64,000 nucleotides of DNA from Schizochytrium sp. TIO01. Lineage: Eukaryota > Protista > Bigyra: Labyrinthulomycetes. The number at the start of each line of letters is the position of its first letter. The first letter of the stretch is position 1. The notes beneath the pieces were generated by a model, which was not told the DNA's origin, searched no databases, and saw nothing but the letters and a program-made list of their open reading frames with translations. A program made the position numbers and the translations under genes. The stretch lies in contig SMSO01000007.1 of NCBI GenBank assembly GCA_004764695.1, forward strand, positions 1,805,270 through 1,869,269. The letters are read 5' to 3'. This document shows, piece after piece, positions 19,401 through 31,113 of the stretch.

Positions 19401-22284
19401 CTTTGCTTTTGCAGATGTCACAGGACCGACTGACTTGTGAAGTCCCTTTGCTTTCGGGGAAATTCTCCTTCCTACCTGGGACGGTGCCTAGATGGTAGGC
19501 AGCTAGATCGTGCTGGTTTTTGCATCCCTCTTAGTACCTTGTCGTACTTTTTGATGTCCTATTGTCCCTTCTCAGTACACACCCCGAGCCCACTTGCCAC
19601 CATTAGAGGGTAGGTAAGTAGTCCTAAGCAAGAAAGCAAAGCTAAATAAAAAAGGTATTTATTACTATTTGTTGATGAATTTATAAGTGCGATTCTTCTC
19701 TTCATCTCTTGCAAAGCTATAGGTTGGCTGACCTGGAATTGCAGTGGCGAGAAGCAGAAGCTTCGCGCTCGAGGGAAAATCTTGGTTGAACAGCACCATG
19801 CATCAGGTTGGCTGGCTGGCTTCAGTCTGCCTGCGAGTATCGAATCATTGGCATTAAACGATGTGCGAACTTGCTTGCATAAACTTGTTCTAAAACAATG
19901 TTACCATAGCTCCGCGAGCGAACGACTTCGGCGGCATCCGGAAATCAATTTTTAGCAGCCTCTCGTTAAAACTCGACTCCACGAGTATACTCGCAGCATC
20001 GCGTTACAAGGAAGTTAGTTCTAAATTGATGACTTGTAAGATGGTTGCAGCTGTAAGCTCGTAGATTGCGATAACCGAACTATCTAGTGATGTGACATTT
20101 AGGTACTGTGAATTTGCAAGCACTAGGTAATGAAATGTGGCTTGGCCAATCGAATATGAGTATACGAGCTGGGGCACCTATTTTGGGCTTGATTCGATTG
20201 GATTGCTACGCATTCCTGAAATCATGGTGCCATGATTGGCGGCAATGTATTGAACAAGTTACCATTTCAAGTGCTCAGATCAGCTCGTGATTTGGCCTTT
20301 GCTGGGGTAAGGTTTCCTGTAGACGAAGCAACTCTCAGAGGAAGCAGCTGTTTTTTAAACTAGTTTATCAGCTTTTGCACGGAAGTGCAAAGCGTGACTC
20401 TGATCTGTTGATGGGATGGAGTGCATCAGTTCTGCAAAGATTCCACTCTTCAGACTAGGATGCCAATTCATCTTCTTGATTTGCTTGATCGATTCGTCTG
20501 ATCAATTTGTTGCCTGTTCGGTTATTGTTGGATCACTTTACTTTAAACTATTACATACTACTCAAACTAGTTTGGTTCATTATTTCAATCAAAATTGTTG
20601 CTCGAAAGTTAAGATCCAGAGCCGCACAGGGGGCGAGACGTAGAGACCCCGATTGGGAAGTGCAATCTGACAGCATCAATCATAACGTCAAGGAATCTGT
20701 CCAACCCCCTGTCTCGTCGCTTGTCTGCCAGTGCCCCTCTGTCGATCTTGCGGAAAACTACTGTCGTTAGTGAGTGGCACAATCAATTGCCGTCATAGAT
20801 TGTAAAACCTTCGATTTCTAAAACCTACGGATACCTCCTATCCAGTGCTAAGTAGGTCCTACCGGTGCTAATCATGAAAAAAGTGCATGTGATGTCTCTC
20901 ATGAGAAGAATGACTTCTCCACTCGAAATGAGCTTTTTCATGAAACTCCTTGAACAGCAACAGCTCAAGTCCAAGTCATGTAGGAGGCGCGTGAGGAGTG
21001 GAATAGTCTAAGTTTCTGGCTTGCTTGCTTGCTGGCTTGCTTGCTTGCTTGCTTCTGTTTAGTTGATTGGCTAGGTATCTCGGTACCTTCTCCACTCGTT
21101 TGTAATAAACTAGCAGAATTATATTCGAACCTTGACGATTGATCCGTAAAAGTCCTCTTCATTTCAGCACAGGTACCCAATAAGTTGCTGGTTAGCTAGG
21201 TGAGCAGTAGGTAGTACTACTGGAGCCAAGTTTGCTCATTCATCCTGGTACTAACTACATAACAAATTAAATTAATTACGAACGAACGAACTAAGTAACT
21301 AACTATTTAGGGAGAAAGCCGCGGAAGAAGTCAACCTTCAAGTTCTTGGGGACCCCTCTTCTCAACCTTTTTGTGTTTGGGCCTCTGATCACTGCACCGA
21401 ATGCGGTCCGTCGCGGTATGTATTGCATACGACGCTTTGCAGTAAGTTTGCTGCTGTCTTTGCCATTGTTTGCCTCCGAGCTCTTTGCAGGACACACCTT
21501 CTCCGGTCTCAGCAAGGACTATCTAGTGCAATGCTTTAGAGTCTTCACATCATTCATTCATTCATTCATTCATTCGTATTCATCATGGACGGTGGAAGCA
21601 GCTCTCTTTAAATGGTGGCGAAGAGAAGATTGGCACAGGACTTGCGAGTTGAGGAGAATGTATTGCAAGAACGACAACTCGACTTGAAGGCGGCCTCCAC
21701 AACACAATCATCGAACAACGTAAATGTTATCATGACGGTGGGATGGCGACTGTCATAGCAGCCTGAACCTTTCAACCTAACTAACCAAGAGTAGGGGTGA
21801 GTGCCAAACCTCGTGGATCACACGCCAGCTCACATGATGCAGATCTTCCGTATTGACGATGATTGGTTGAATAACAGTTGTGCGAATTGCCTACGAGTCT
21901 TGCAATGCACTAGAAGGACCGCACGGACGCGCGAATCGAACTTAGAAATGTCAACAGTCCACAGCTCTGGCTTGATGCGCATTAGTAGATGGATTATCCA
22001 CCTACATTGCGACGGCAGTGGGTAATTGCTCATGAATTGAGGTATTAGGTATGCATGATGTTGGAAACAAGCTGGCCAACCCCCAGTCGCCATGCATATT
22101 GCAGAGGCGCAGCCTGGGCCTTTGTGTCCTTGAGGACATCTACAATACATTCAGGGTCGCTTGCTTTGTCTTTCACATGGACATGTGGCCTAGCGTAGCG
22201 AAGGAGGCAGCATAATCTTTTTGATAGCTCATCACAATCCAGCTGGGAAAGCAAACCTGTAACTCCGAAGTCTCAAAACCTGAC

Positions 22285-23511
22285 ATGAGCACCATGCCGG
22301 ATAACACAGCAGGAAGTACTCCTGAGGTGAAGGCGAAGCGGCAACATAAAAAGATTGGAGGAATGTCTCGAGGCAAACTTATTAGTCTCGTCGTAATTTT
22401 TGCATTAATCCAAGTTAATTTTTGGGTCATTGAATATGACAAACACGTACAAGATCCCAACCGATCTGGTTTGAACGGGCAGGTCTTCACTACAGTGATT
22501 CTGACTTTGTATATTTTAGCGAGCTTTCTCGATGGAGTGTTGGACACATTTCCCCGGACCAAATCGCTCGATTCAGAAAAGAGGCGAAAGCTCCTTGTTC
22601 ATGCTCTTGAAGCAACGTGGGGCACCTTTGTGCTAGCATTGATGATCATGATGTTTTTGAGAATATACATATTGCGGCGCCCGCAAGGCTGTGATATCAA
22701 CTATGTGTCGATGGAGAAGTTCATAAGTCCGCCTCCGGCGATTCGTATGGAGGGCTTGCCTTCAGAGGCCCTCGGTTTTCCTGTGGTCAATCCCGGTTCA
22801 GATGTTTTGGTTCTCTCTGTGTCTGAGACTGAGAGGCTACAGACGCTCACCAACGATTGTGTATATCAGAACATGTATTGGATGGAGTTTGCGGCAGCTT
22901 GCCTCGTTTCCATGTACATTTTTGAACTGGTTACGTTAATGTCGTACATGCGTGTGAGTCTTCTGATTCACCATTTTGTAACCGTTGGTGTTATGTATAT
23001 GTACGCTGCATTTCCTCAGAGTACAACAACGTTCCTTTTGTTGTTCCAGCAGTTGTTTTTTGCCGTATTTGAGCAACCGACTTTCATTGCGCTTGTCCTT
23101 TATCGGCTTTCCGGCAATAAGAAATTGCACGCACGATGGTTTTGGGCCGGGGCGGTTAGCTTTGCATTTACAAAGCTAGCAGCTGCAGTAATCTTCATCT
23201 ACTTCGAGGTGACAATTCCAGACCTGCCTCGTTATTTAGCCCCGGTTCTTGTTTGCTTTCAGGTCCCAGCCTACCTGGCTCAAGCTTACTCAGCGTACGC
23301 TCAGTATATGATGTATCTGCGCATCAGCAAGCACGAAAAGCGCAGTAATTCTTTAGAAAACGCTCCGAAAGATGCATCGATCAAGATTTCTGCAAAGCCA
23401 ACTGGCGCAGCACAACCCAAGGCTGAGTCCTTGCATGTAACTAACCCTGAGGGCAGCGACAGCGACACAGGCTCTTCTTCTGATGATAATCTTGAGCTTG
23501 AAATTGTTTAA
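22285..23511 (+). CDS. Multi-pass membrane protein, TLC (TRAM/LAG1/CLN8)-like, paralog 1
   Basis: 408-aa ORF with ~8 hydrophobic segments. LLIHHFVT di-histidine motif and FEQPTF segment resemble TLC domains. A close paralog lies ~5 kb downstream. Confidence 0.7.
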   Translation: MSTMPDNTAGSTPEVKAKRQHKKIGGMSRGKLISLVVIFALIQVNFWVIEYDKHVQDPNRSGLNGQVFTTVILTLYILASFLDGVLDTFPRTKSLDSEKRRKLLVHALEATWGTFVLALMIMMFLRIYILRRPQGCDINYVSMEKFISPPPAIRMEGLPSEALGFPVVNPGSDVLVLSVSETERLQTLTNDCVYQNMYWMEFAAACLVSMYIFELVTLMSYMRVSLLIHHFVTVGVMYMYAAFPQSTTTFLLLFQQLFFAVFEQPTFIALVLYRLSGNKKLHARWFWAGAVSFAFTKLAAAVIFIYFEVTIPDLPRYLAPVLVCFQVPAYLAQAYSAYAQYMMYLRISKHEKRSNSLENAPKDASIKISAKPTGAAQPKAESLHVTNPEGSDSDTGSSSDDNLELEIV

Positions 23512-25415
23512 GGAATTAAGTACATCATTTTCCAACTTTAAAATATGTAGTTAAGCTATAGAGACTTCTAGAGAGGTTGTTATTCCATACACACTCGAAC
23601 ACGGATTGACTATTCTTTTCAAAATTCTTTTTAAATTAAAATTAAAAGTACCTCAAGATTTTGCATTTTATTTGGCACTCCGATATATAAATTGCAAATT
23701 ATACTAACAGACCTGCTCATTTCCGAGTGCCAGATGCTCTTTCACCCTCAATACAGATGGTAAGGAAACACTTGATTTGTTTGCTATGGTGGTACCTCGA
23801 AAGTTAATCCTTTTTGCTGACATGGGACTCATTTATTCATTATTAATATAATAAAATAAAAATTAAAAAACGTTTTTTGCATTTTTTTCTCTTCTTTATT
23901 ATCAACAAACGTAATGTCCAAGATTGCCAGGGGATCAATGACCCAATCCTATTTGCTACGGCACAAATCCAAAGCGTTTGCCCGAACTAGACTTGGATAT
24001 GCAAAGAAGAAGACGCAAGTCCATACCACGAATCAAACCCCTCACCAGCATTTATGTTGAAAGGTCTTCACCCAATACCACGAACACGATTCTTTGCCCT
24101 TGTTGGGTTGGATTAGCTTGCCCCCAAAAGTGTGTGTCGATATGCGCGTACCCGAGCTCAGTTGTTGTTCCGGGTTTAGAAATGACTAGGTTTATAAATT
24201 TATTGCGGGATTTTTATTGTCCTGGAGAACATATTTGTACTCTGGTTTTGCACTCGTTGCTTGGTTGGCTGGCTGCTTGGTTGGTAGGCTCAGCCCAGGT
24301 ACTAATTTGGTGGTACGCGACATTGTCATCAACGCTTAAAGGTAGTGCGTGCGATGTGTGCATGCGATACGCTCGTGTTACTGCTCTTGCTACTGCTGCT
24401 ACTGCTGCTGCTCCTTTGCGCACGCAACAAAATGCAATGGTTTTAGTGATTTCATCGAATGTATGCAAGGCAATGCAGTAAATACTGCAATATTCTCGAG
24501 GGCAATGTGAGCTTTAGATGCGTTGAAGTTTTCAGTTTTGTTTCAAGTTTTCCTCAAATCTACTCCGAGATTGCCTTTCCTACCTCACCTCAGCTTGGGG
24601 CGAGTCGCCTCACACCAGTTGCGCCAGAATCTGTGTCTCCCTCACCGATATCTAATATTAATTTACACAATTTGCTAGGATTTGTTGATGATGCAGCAAC
24701 CACACAAACACTCAAACACTCACCTTTAGTTGGCACTTTGACAGTTCATTGCATGCCACACAGAGTGGAAAATTTATAGCTCTGAAACTAACATTTTAAA
24801 AGCACTCCCAGGGAAAATACAGTATAAAAATAGAAAAAGTTATTTTTGAGCATCCGAAACAAAACGAGACGAATTCGAGATCCAGCGCCTTGAAGTCTAT
24901 GACCAGAATACCACATCCTTGCGACGTAGACGTTCACATCACGGCGCCACATTCCTATAAGTAGATCTGCCTCCCATCGCGAAACTCAGGTCCAACAGAT
25001 TAAAGACGGGAGACCAACTTTTATCAAAATAATGTTTTAATTAAAAAATAATTTAATCAAGAATATATATAAAGTTAGTCGTAAAAATGGGGAAACCGCA
25101 AGTGTAAAAAGACCTTGAAAGTGAGATTGGACTCCGCGCTGTTTTCAACAACTCGTGCTAAACGCTTTGAGGCTGGTACATCGACCCTAGGCCGCACTTA
25201 GTCCAGGGTCCTTGCAAATGTGGCTTTTTCGAGCTGGTGGTTGATGATGGAGCGCAATGTAACTTGGCTTCACAATGAAGAACTGTAGTTAAGAAAGACT
25301 TCATTTGCACTTATGCAGGTCGGTTCATTGATTGGAGGTACTACCACAAGATACGCTGTGCATGGAATATCCTAAAGTTTACAGTAGAAGGCTGCCTTTT
25401 AGGGCTGCACGTGCG

Positions 25416-25541
25416 AAGTTCAAGTTCAAGTTCGAGATCAAGTTCGAGATCAAGTTCGAGATCGAGATCAAGCTCAAGCTCAAGCTCAAGCTCAAGCTCA
25501 AGCTCAAGCTCAAGCTCAAGCTCAAGTTGAAGTTGAAGTTG
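25416..25541. repeat. Compound hexanucleotide microsatellite (AAGTTC/GAGATC/AAGCTC/AAGTTG)n
   Basis: Directly visible 6-nt period array whose unit changes along its length. Confidence 0.9.
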
Positions 25542-27173
25542 GAGAAGAGCTGTAGCTCAACTCTTCTCGGACACGTTGTTCAGCACGCCCAGCAAGCAAG
25601 TATGCGGCCCTGGAAATTCGTGGCTCTTTCACTTGTTTCCGCGTACTGGGTTTTGGGAGCGTGAGCTCTGTAGAGGCTAACAAATTGCCTCTAGAAAGCA
25701 GAAGAACTCCGAGAAGAATGCCACCTACTACAGAAACGAAGCAGCCGCCATCTCTTCCATTCCGACTGGGTTCAGAGCGAGTACTGTCTACCTGCTACAG
25801 GGGCATGCGAAGCAGAAATAAAGCGGCTGCTTTTCGCCAACACTCTGCCCAAAGTCGCCATTCACGCGGCATTAGACTATCCAGGCACGCCTATCTAGCA
25901 AGTAGCTAGCTAGTCCTAGATTTGTTAATCTTGACAACCGTGACTGTAGCGCTCCTAGTCTCGCGTCGAACTAACACTAACACGAGATAACTAAGTCTAA
26001 AGGTACTCGTGGTGTTTGCGATGTGGTTAATCAACTGTTGGAAGTGCCCTGCGTGCAGATAGTTAGATAGATACTCGCCAGAAACAAAAGTTCACAAGTG
26101 CTGCATGATTGTTTTAATTCATAAAAAGGATGGAAACTTTTCTAAGCTGTGAGAAAACATGGATAAGTTCAGGCTTTGTAAATCCTGGATGGACGTGTGG
26201 TCGGTTTTCGTTAGTCTTGCTATTGCTAGAATAGGTGAGAGCAAAGTACTTGAAAGCCTCTCTATAGTTTTGGCTGATTTGAGATGGCTTGACTTTTTTG
26301 ATGGGATCACTGGCGTGATCAACTGGATCTAACACTACCTAGTACCTACTTTGTTGGGGTTTACCATAAGCCTCCAAGTTGTATTTCATAAGTCCCTGAG
26401 ATTTGATTTAATGGATGCGAGAAAATCGCTGCTGCAGGACATGGCGAGGTTGGCTAATGGCAGAAGGTCGACTCCGAGTGCATGGATAAGAAGTAGTCTA
26501 CGGTTCCGTTTACCGCTTTTTAGCATGGAGTGTTTGGGAAGGGCTGTTTATGAGTTTTATATATTTTGAAGACATCATAGTGCTGTACTTTAAAAAACTT
26601 AAAAATAATAAAAATAATAAAAAAACTACTACCGAGGAAGTCCATACGTGGACAACAAAATCAAGCATATGATGTCAAAACAATGTCAATTTCAAATTTT
26701 ATTGGTTGAAGATCAAGTCCCATGCCAGCCTTTTAACGTGAGAAAAGTTACCTTTTCAATTACGTAGCTTATGATGTCAAGGACATCTATACTAGAAACA
26801 AGGGCCGACACTTAAAATAGTTGCTCAGTGTGTCAAAGTAGAATTATTTTCTATATTCGTCGCCGCCAAAGAAATAGTATCTGCCTACCTACCTGATAGC
26901 ACTAGACCCTCTCTGGATTTGGAAGTGTTGCGGAGAGCACCGCTTGAGGTCCTCCAAAAAAAGCAATAAAGAAGTGTATACCCCAAATAGTTGTAGCCAT
27001 TCTTTGGCAGGTTTTAACATTCTGAACTATAAGCTCCATTATGCTTTGTTTGTTTCACAGGTTAAAGACATCACAATTTGGTACATAGTTGATTTGAACA
27101 AAAGGTAGGGGAAGCAAACTCAAATCTCAAGGGTCTCAAAACCAAAACACCAGTCTTCATTTAGAAAGGAAAC

Positions 27174-28410
27174 ATGAAAGCCATTCGAAATAGCCCAGAA
27201 GAGACTTCCTTTGAGGAAAAACCAACCAGCCGGTATGCATTGGTCGGAGGAATGTCTCGACGCAAAGGTATCAGCCTCGTAGTTTTGTTTGCAATGGTCC
27301 AGACGAACTTCTGGATTATCGAACATGATAAACATCTTCAAGATCCCAATCGATCTGGCTTGAACGGGCAAGTATTCATCACAGTCATGCTATCGATGTA
27401 TATTCTAGCCAGCTTTCTCGACACAGCTCTGGACACATTCCCAAGGGCTAAAGCTCTCGATTTAGAAAAGAGGCGCAAGCTTCTTGTTCACGCCCTCGAA
27501 ACTACATGGGGTACCTTCGTGCTAGCACTGATGACTACAATGTTTGTGAGAATCTATATTTTGCGGCATCCCGAGGGCTGTGATGTTGAGTATGTATCAC
27601 TGGAAAAGTTCACAAGTCCACCTCCAGCAATTCGTACGGAAGGCCTTCCTTCAGAAGCACTCGGCTTTCCCGTAGTCAATCCCGGGTCTGATGTATTAGT
27701 TCTTTCAACAGCTGAGACAGAGAGGTTTCAGAAACTCACTAACGACTGCGCATATCAGAATATGTATTGGATGGAGTTCGCCGCTGCTTCTGTTGTCTCC
27801 ATGTACATTTTCGAACTGATTACATTAATGTCGTACATGCGTGTGAGTCTTTTGATTCACCATTTTGTGGCCATTGGGCTCGTCTACTTGTATGCTGCAT
27901 TTCCTCAGAGTACGGTGACTTTTCTTTTGGTGTTCCAGCAGCTATTTTTTGCTGTATTTGAGCAGCCAACTTTCATTGCGCTTATTCTTTACCGGTTATC
28001 TGACAACAATAAGTTGCACGCACAGTGGTTTTTGGCTGGCGCACTCAGCTTTCTCACTACCAAAGTTAATCGCCGCAACATTGTTCATCTACTTCGAGGC
28101 AACAATCCCAGATTTGCCTCGTTACCTAGTTCCAGTTCTTCTTTGCTTTCAGGTTCCTGGATCGCTAGCCCAGTTATATTCAGCGTATGCCCAATACATG
28201 ATGTACCTGCGAATTAAGAAGCAAGAAAGACGCAGCAAGCGTAGCAGGTCCTCCCAAAACTCTATTGAAGATGAATCCAACAAAATTTCTGCAAATTCAG
28301 CAGATAAAGCACAGATGAAAACGGATCCTTTGGACTCGCCCAAGCCTCAAGACACTGATAGTGACTCTGGGTCTTCGGAAGATGATAACCTTGAACTTGA
28401 AATTGTTTAA
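27174..28410 (+). pseudogene. TLC-like membrane protein paralog 2, interrupted by a 1-nt frameshift (pseudogene or assembly indel)
   Basis: Collinear with 22285..23511 from GGMSR to the DDNLELEIV C-terminus. An extra A in accAAAgttaatc (28062-28064) breaks the frame; ORF 27949..28410 carries the missing C-terminal part. Confidence 0.75.
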
Positions 28411-28678
28411 CGCTGAATATTCATGAGAATCTAATTTCTAAATTCAAAATGAAAAAATAATTAAAAATAGACTTATTTTGTTGATGCGGATATTCCTTCT
28501 ACTTTTTTTAATGCTCCAAGAGACATATATCTTGACAAACTTGCTAAGAATCTTTGCAGATTTGCCTAACAGTGTCAAGTTATGTGCCTGCCCATGTTGT
28601 TGTTGGTTCATACTATATCAGGAACTGCAAAGCAAAGACTAGAGCCTATCTCAGAGAGAGCTTTCTTTACCTGGAAAT

Positions 28679-28832
28679 CCACGTCAGGTTCACGTTTCAA
28701 TCGTGCTGCGCAAACTGTTAGTACCTTGAGCTTTCACCTCTTCAATCCTTCAATACCACATCAGATCCACGATTCAATTGTGCTGCACGAACTGTCAGCA
28801 CCTTGAGCTTTCACCTCTTCATTCCTCCAATA
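28679..28832. repeat. Two-copy 77-nt tandem duplication
   Basis: 28679-28755 versus 28756-28832, about 11 mismatches by hand count, mostly transitions. Shared core accttgagctttcacctcttca. Confidence 0.85.
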
Positions 28833-29382
28833 AAAGTACGAATAGGGCCTATTTCACTATCAAAACCCTTAAATATGTCCTTTCAAGGATAAAAACAGAA
28901 AAAGCGATAGTAACCTAGGTATGATGGGTCTGCTTGACTTTGTAAATGATATTGCTCACGTATGAGGCAAATTAAGATTGGGCGAACTTCAACCATCTAT
29001 CAGCAATCCACTACAATACCAACCAAAAAAGGATGGAAACCTATCCCACTTTATATAATGATAAACCCACATTATGAGTGAGAATAAATGAATGAGTATA
29101 AATGACTGAATGACTGAATGAATGAATAAGTAGAGGGCACTAGTAACTAGTATCCAACTCCATCATTCCAGTTCAATAAACGGCACCTGGCTTGCCACGC
29201 AAGACACGCGGGTCGATAGTGTGGAGTTTGTTAAGACTCTTTACTTCGTGTGCACACGCATCGTCCTCACCTAGCTTTGCCGGTGCACTGAGGAAGGTTG
29301 AATTGGGGCTTCATCTTTGCAGGTGAATTGCGCTCGGAGCTAAGACCTTTCACGCGACCTTGGACTCAAAGCCGACTCTAAA

Positions 29383-31095
29383 ATGGCAGCTCTTGCAAAC
29401 TCTCATACAGATCTTGTCAATGTGAACGTAGGTGTTTTGGGCCACGTCGATTCTGGCAAGACCTCCCTAGTGAGAGCCTTGAGCACGCTCTTGTCTACGG
29501 CTGCGTTAGACAAACATCCGCAGTCCAAGGAACGAGGAATTACTTTGGACCTTGGCTTTAGCGCCTTTCAAGTTGAGGCCCCGCCACAGCTGGCAGATTT
29601 GGGCATCAAGCAAGTCCAGTACACGCTTGTAGACTGCCCAGGTCATGCTTCACTCATTCGCACTATCATTGGCGGGGCTCAAATCATCGACCGCATGATC
29701 CTTGTGGTTGATGTGACAAAGGGTATCCAAACGCAGACTGCGGAGTGTCTGGTGATTGGAGAGATTCTCACCGATGACCTCATAGTAGTGCTGAATAAGA
29801 TCGACCTCTTGCCTGCAGCAACGCGCGAGGCGTCAATTGAAAAGGTGACCAAACTTATTGAGCAGGCTCTATCCACGACCCGTTTTAAGGGAAGCCCTAT
29901 TGCAAAAATTTCAGCCATTGTGGGCGGCGATGGTAAGGATGGTGTTGGTAGTGCATCCTCTTCCGCTGCAGCGGACCACGGCGGTGCTGGCGTGGTCACG
30001 GAGGGTCTTGACGACCTGGTGAATTTGATTCGCGACACAACCAAAATGCCTGACCGCGGCGATGCCTCTGCAGAGCCATTATACTATTCAGTAGATCATT
30101 GTTTCCCTATCAAAGGGCAGGGAACTGTAGTTACTGGCACAATTTTAGGTGGCAGCGTCAAGGTAGGGGAGACCGTTGAAATCCCGCAACTTGGCCTGGA
30201 ACGCAAGGTGAAGTCAATGCAAATGTTCCGTAAGCCTGTACAGAATGCATCCAAGGGTGATCGTGTGGCCTTATGTTTTGCAAATCTCAGCGCCGAGTCA
30301 ATGGAGCGCGGAACGCTCACCACACCTGGCTCTGTGCCAAGTACGTCTGCAGCCATCGTGCTTCTGCGTAAAGTGCGGTATTTCCCACTGGAATGTAAGT
30401 CTGGGTCCAAGCTGCATGTCACGGTCGGTCATACCACAACGTTAGCAAAGGTGACCTTTTTTGGCTCGCAAGAGCTTAAGCAGATTGCTGCAAGCTGTGT
30501 CGGCAAAAATCTTCCCCGCGTCGAGTTTGATGTAGATGCAGAGTATTTGTGTGACGAAGAGCTGCTTGCGGGTGGCAAGGCAAAGGGCGGGCCGATATTA
30601 CAATGGGCGTTGCTCAACTTCGAGCAGCCAATTATTTGTCAACAAGGTGCAATGGTCATTGGATCAAGGTTGGACTTGAATGTAGAAACAAAATCATGTA
30701 GAATTGCATTTTATGGACGAGTGTCTAAGCAGTACCCAAAGCCACCCACTGAAGAGGAACTTGCGGCTCTACGGGTGTTTCGGTACAAGGAGCGTTATGG
30801 CGCAGTTGATCGAATTACGGACAAGAGCGCCGACGCGGATGGCAAGGTACGAGATGTGGTGGCCAAGAATATGTTTTCAAAAGATACGGACATGAGCAAA
30901 TTTGTCAACCTTGCGGTGCTAACAGATGCGGGTGAAAAGGGGCGCATTTCTTCCTCGTTTGGCAAAACGGGCAAATTTAATGTGCACTTCCCTACAGGAG
31001 CCGTTGTGAAAAAGGGCGACCGCCTAACGTTGCGACATAAGCGCATGATCTTTGCTACAGCAGAGGAGCGTAAAAAACTCCTCCAGGACTCTTAA
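29383..31095 (+). CDS. EEFSEC: Selenocysteine-specific elongation factor (eEFSec/SelB)
   Basis: NVGVLGHVDSGKTSLVRALS..STAALDKHPQSKERGITLDLGFSAF, DCPGHASLIRTIIGGAQIID, NKID, DHCFPIKGQGTV, IGSRLD...CRIAFYG, C-terminal GRISSSFGKTGKF. These are eukaryotic EFSec hallmarks. Confidence 0.95.
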   Translation: MAALANSHTDLVNVNVGVLGHVDSGKTSLVRALSTLLSTAALDKHPQSKERGITLDLGFSAFQVEAPPQLADLGIKQVQYTLVDCPGHASLIRTIIGGAQIIDRMILVVDVTKGIQTQTAECLVIGEILTDDLIVVLNKIDLLPAATREASIEKVTKLIEQALSTTRFKGSPIAKISAIVGGDGKDGVGSASSSAAADHGGAGVVTEGLDDLVNLIRDTTKMPDRGDASAEPLYYSVDHCFPIKGQGTVVTGTILGGSVKVGETVEIPQLGLERKVKSMQMFRKPVQNASKGDRVALCFANLSAESMERGTLTTPGSVPSTSAAIVLLRKVRYFPLECKSGSKLHVTVGHTTTLAKVTFFGSQELKQIAASCVGKNLPRVEFDVDAEYLCDEELLAGGKAKGGPILQWALLNFEQPIICQQGAMVIGSRLDLNVETKSCRIAFYGRVSKQYPKPPTEEELAALRVFRYKERYGAVDRITDKSADADGKVRDVVAKNMFSKDTDMSKFVNLAVLTDAGEKGRISSSFGKTGKFNVHFPTGAVVKKGDRLTLRHKRMIFATAEERKKLLQDS

Positions 31096-31113
31096 AAATC
31101 AAATATTGAATCT

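Noticed and set aside
25332-25664. ORF with poly-(KL)/(KFEI) amphipathic repeat
   Set aside because: It is the translation of a hexanucleotide microsatellite, has a non-ATG start and shows no other coding signal.
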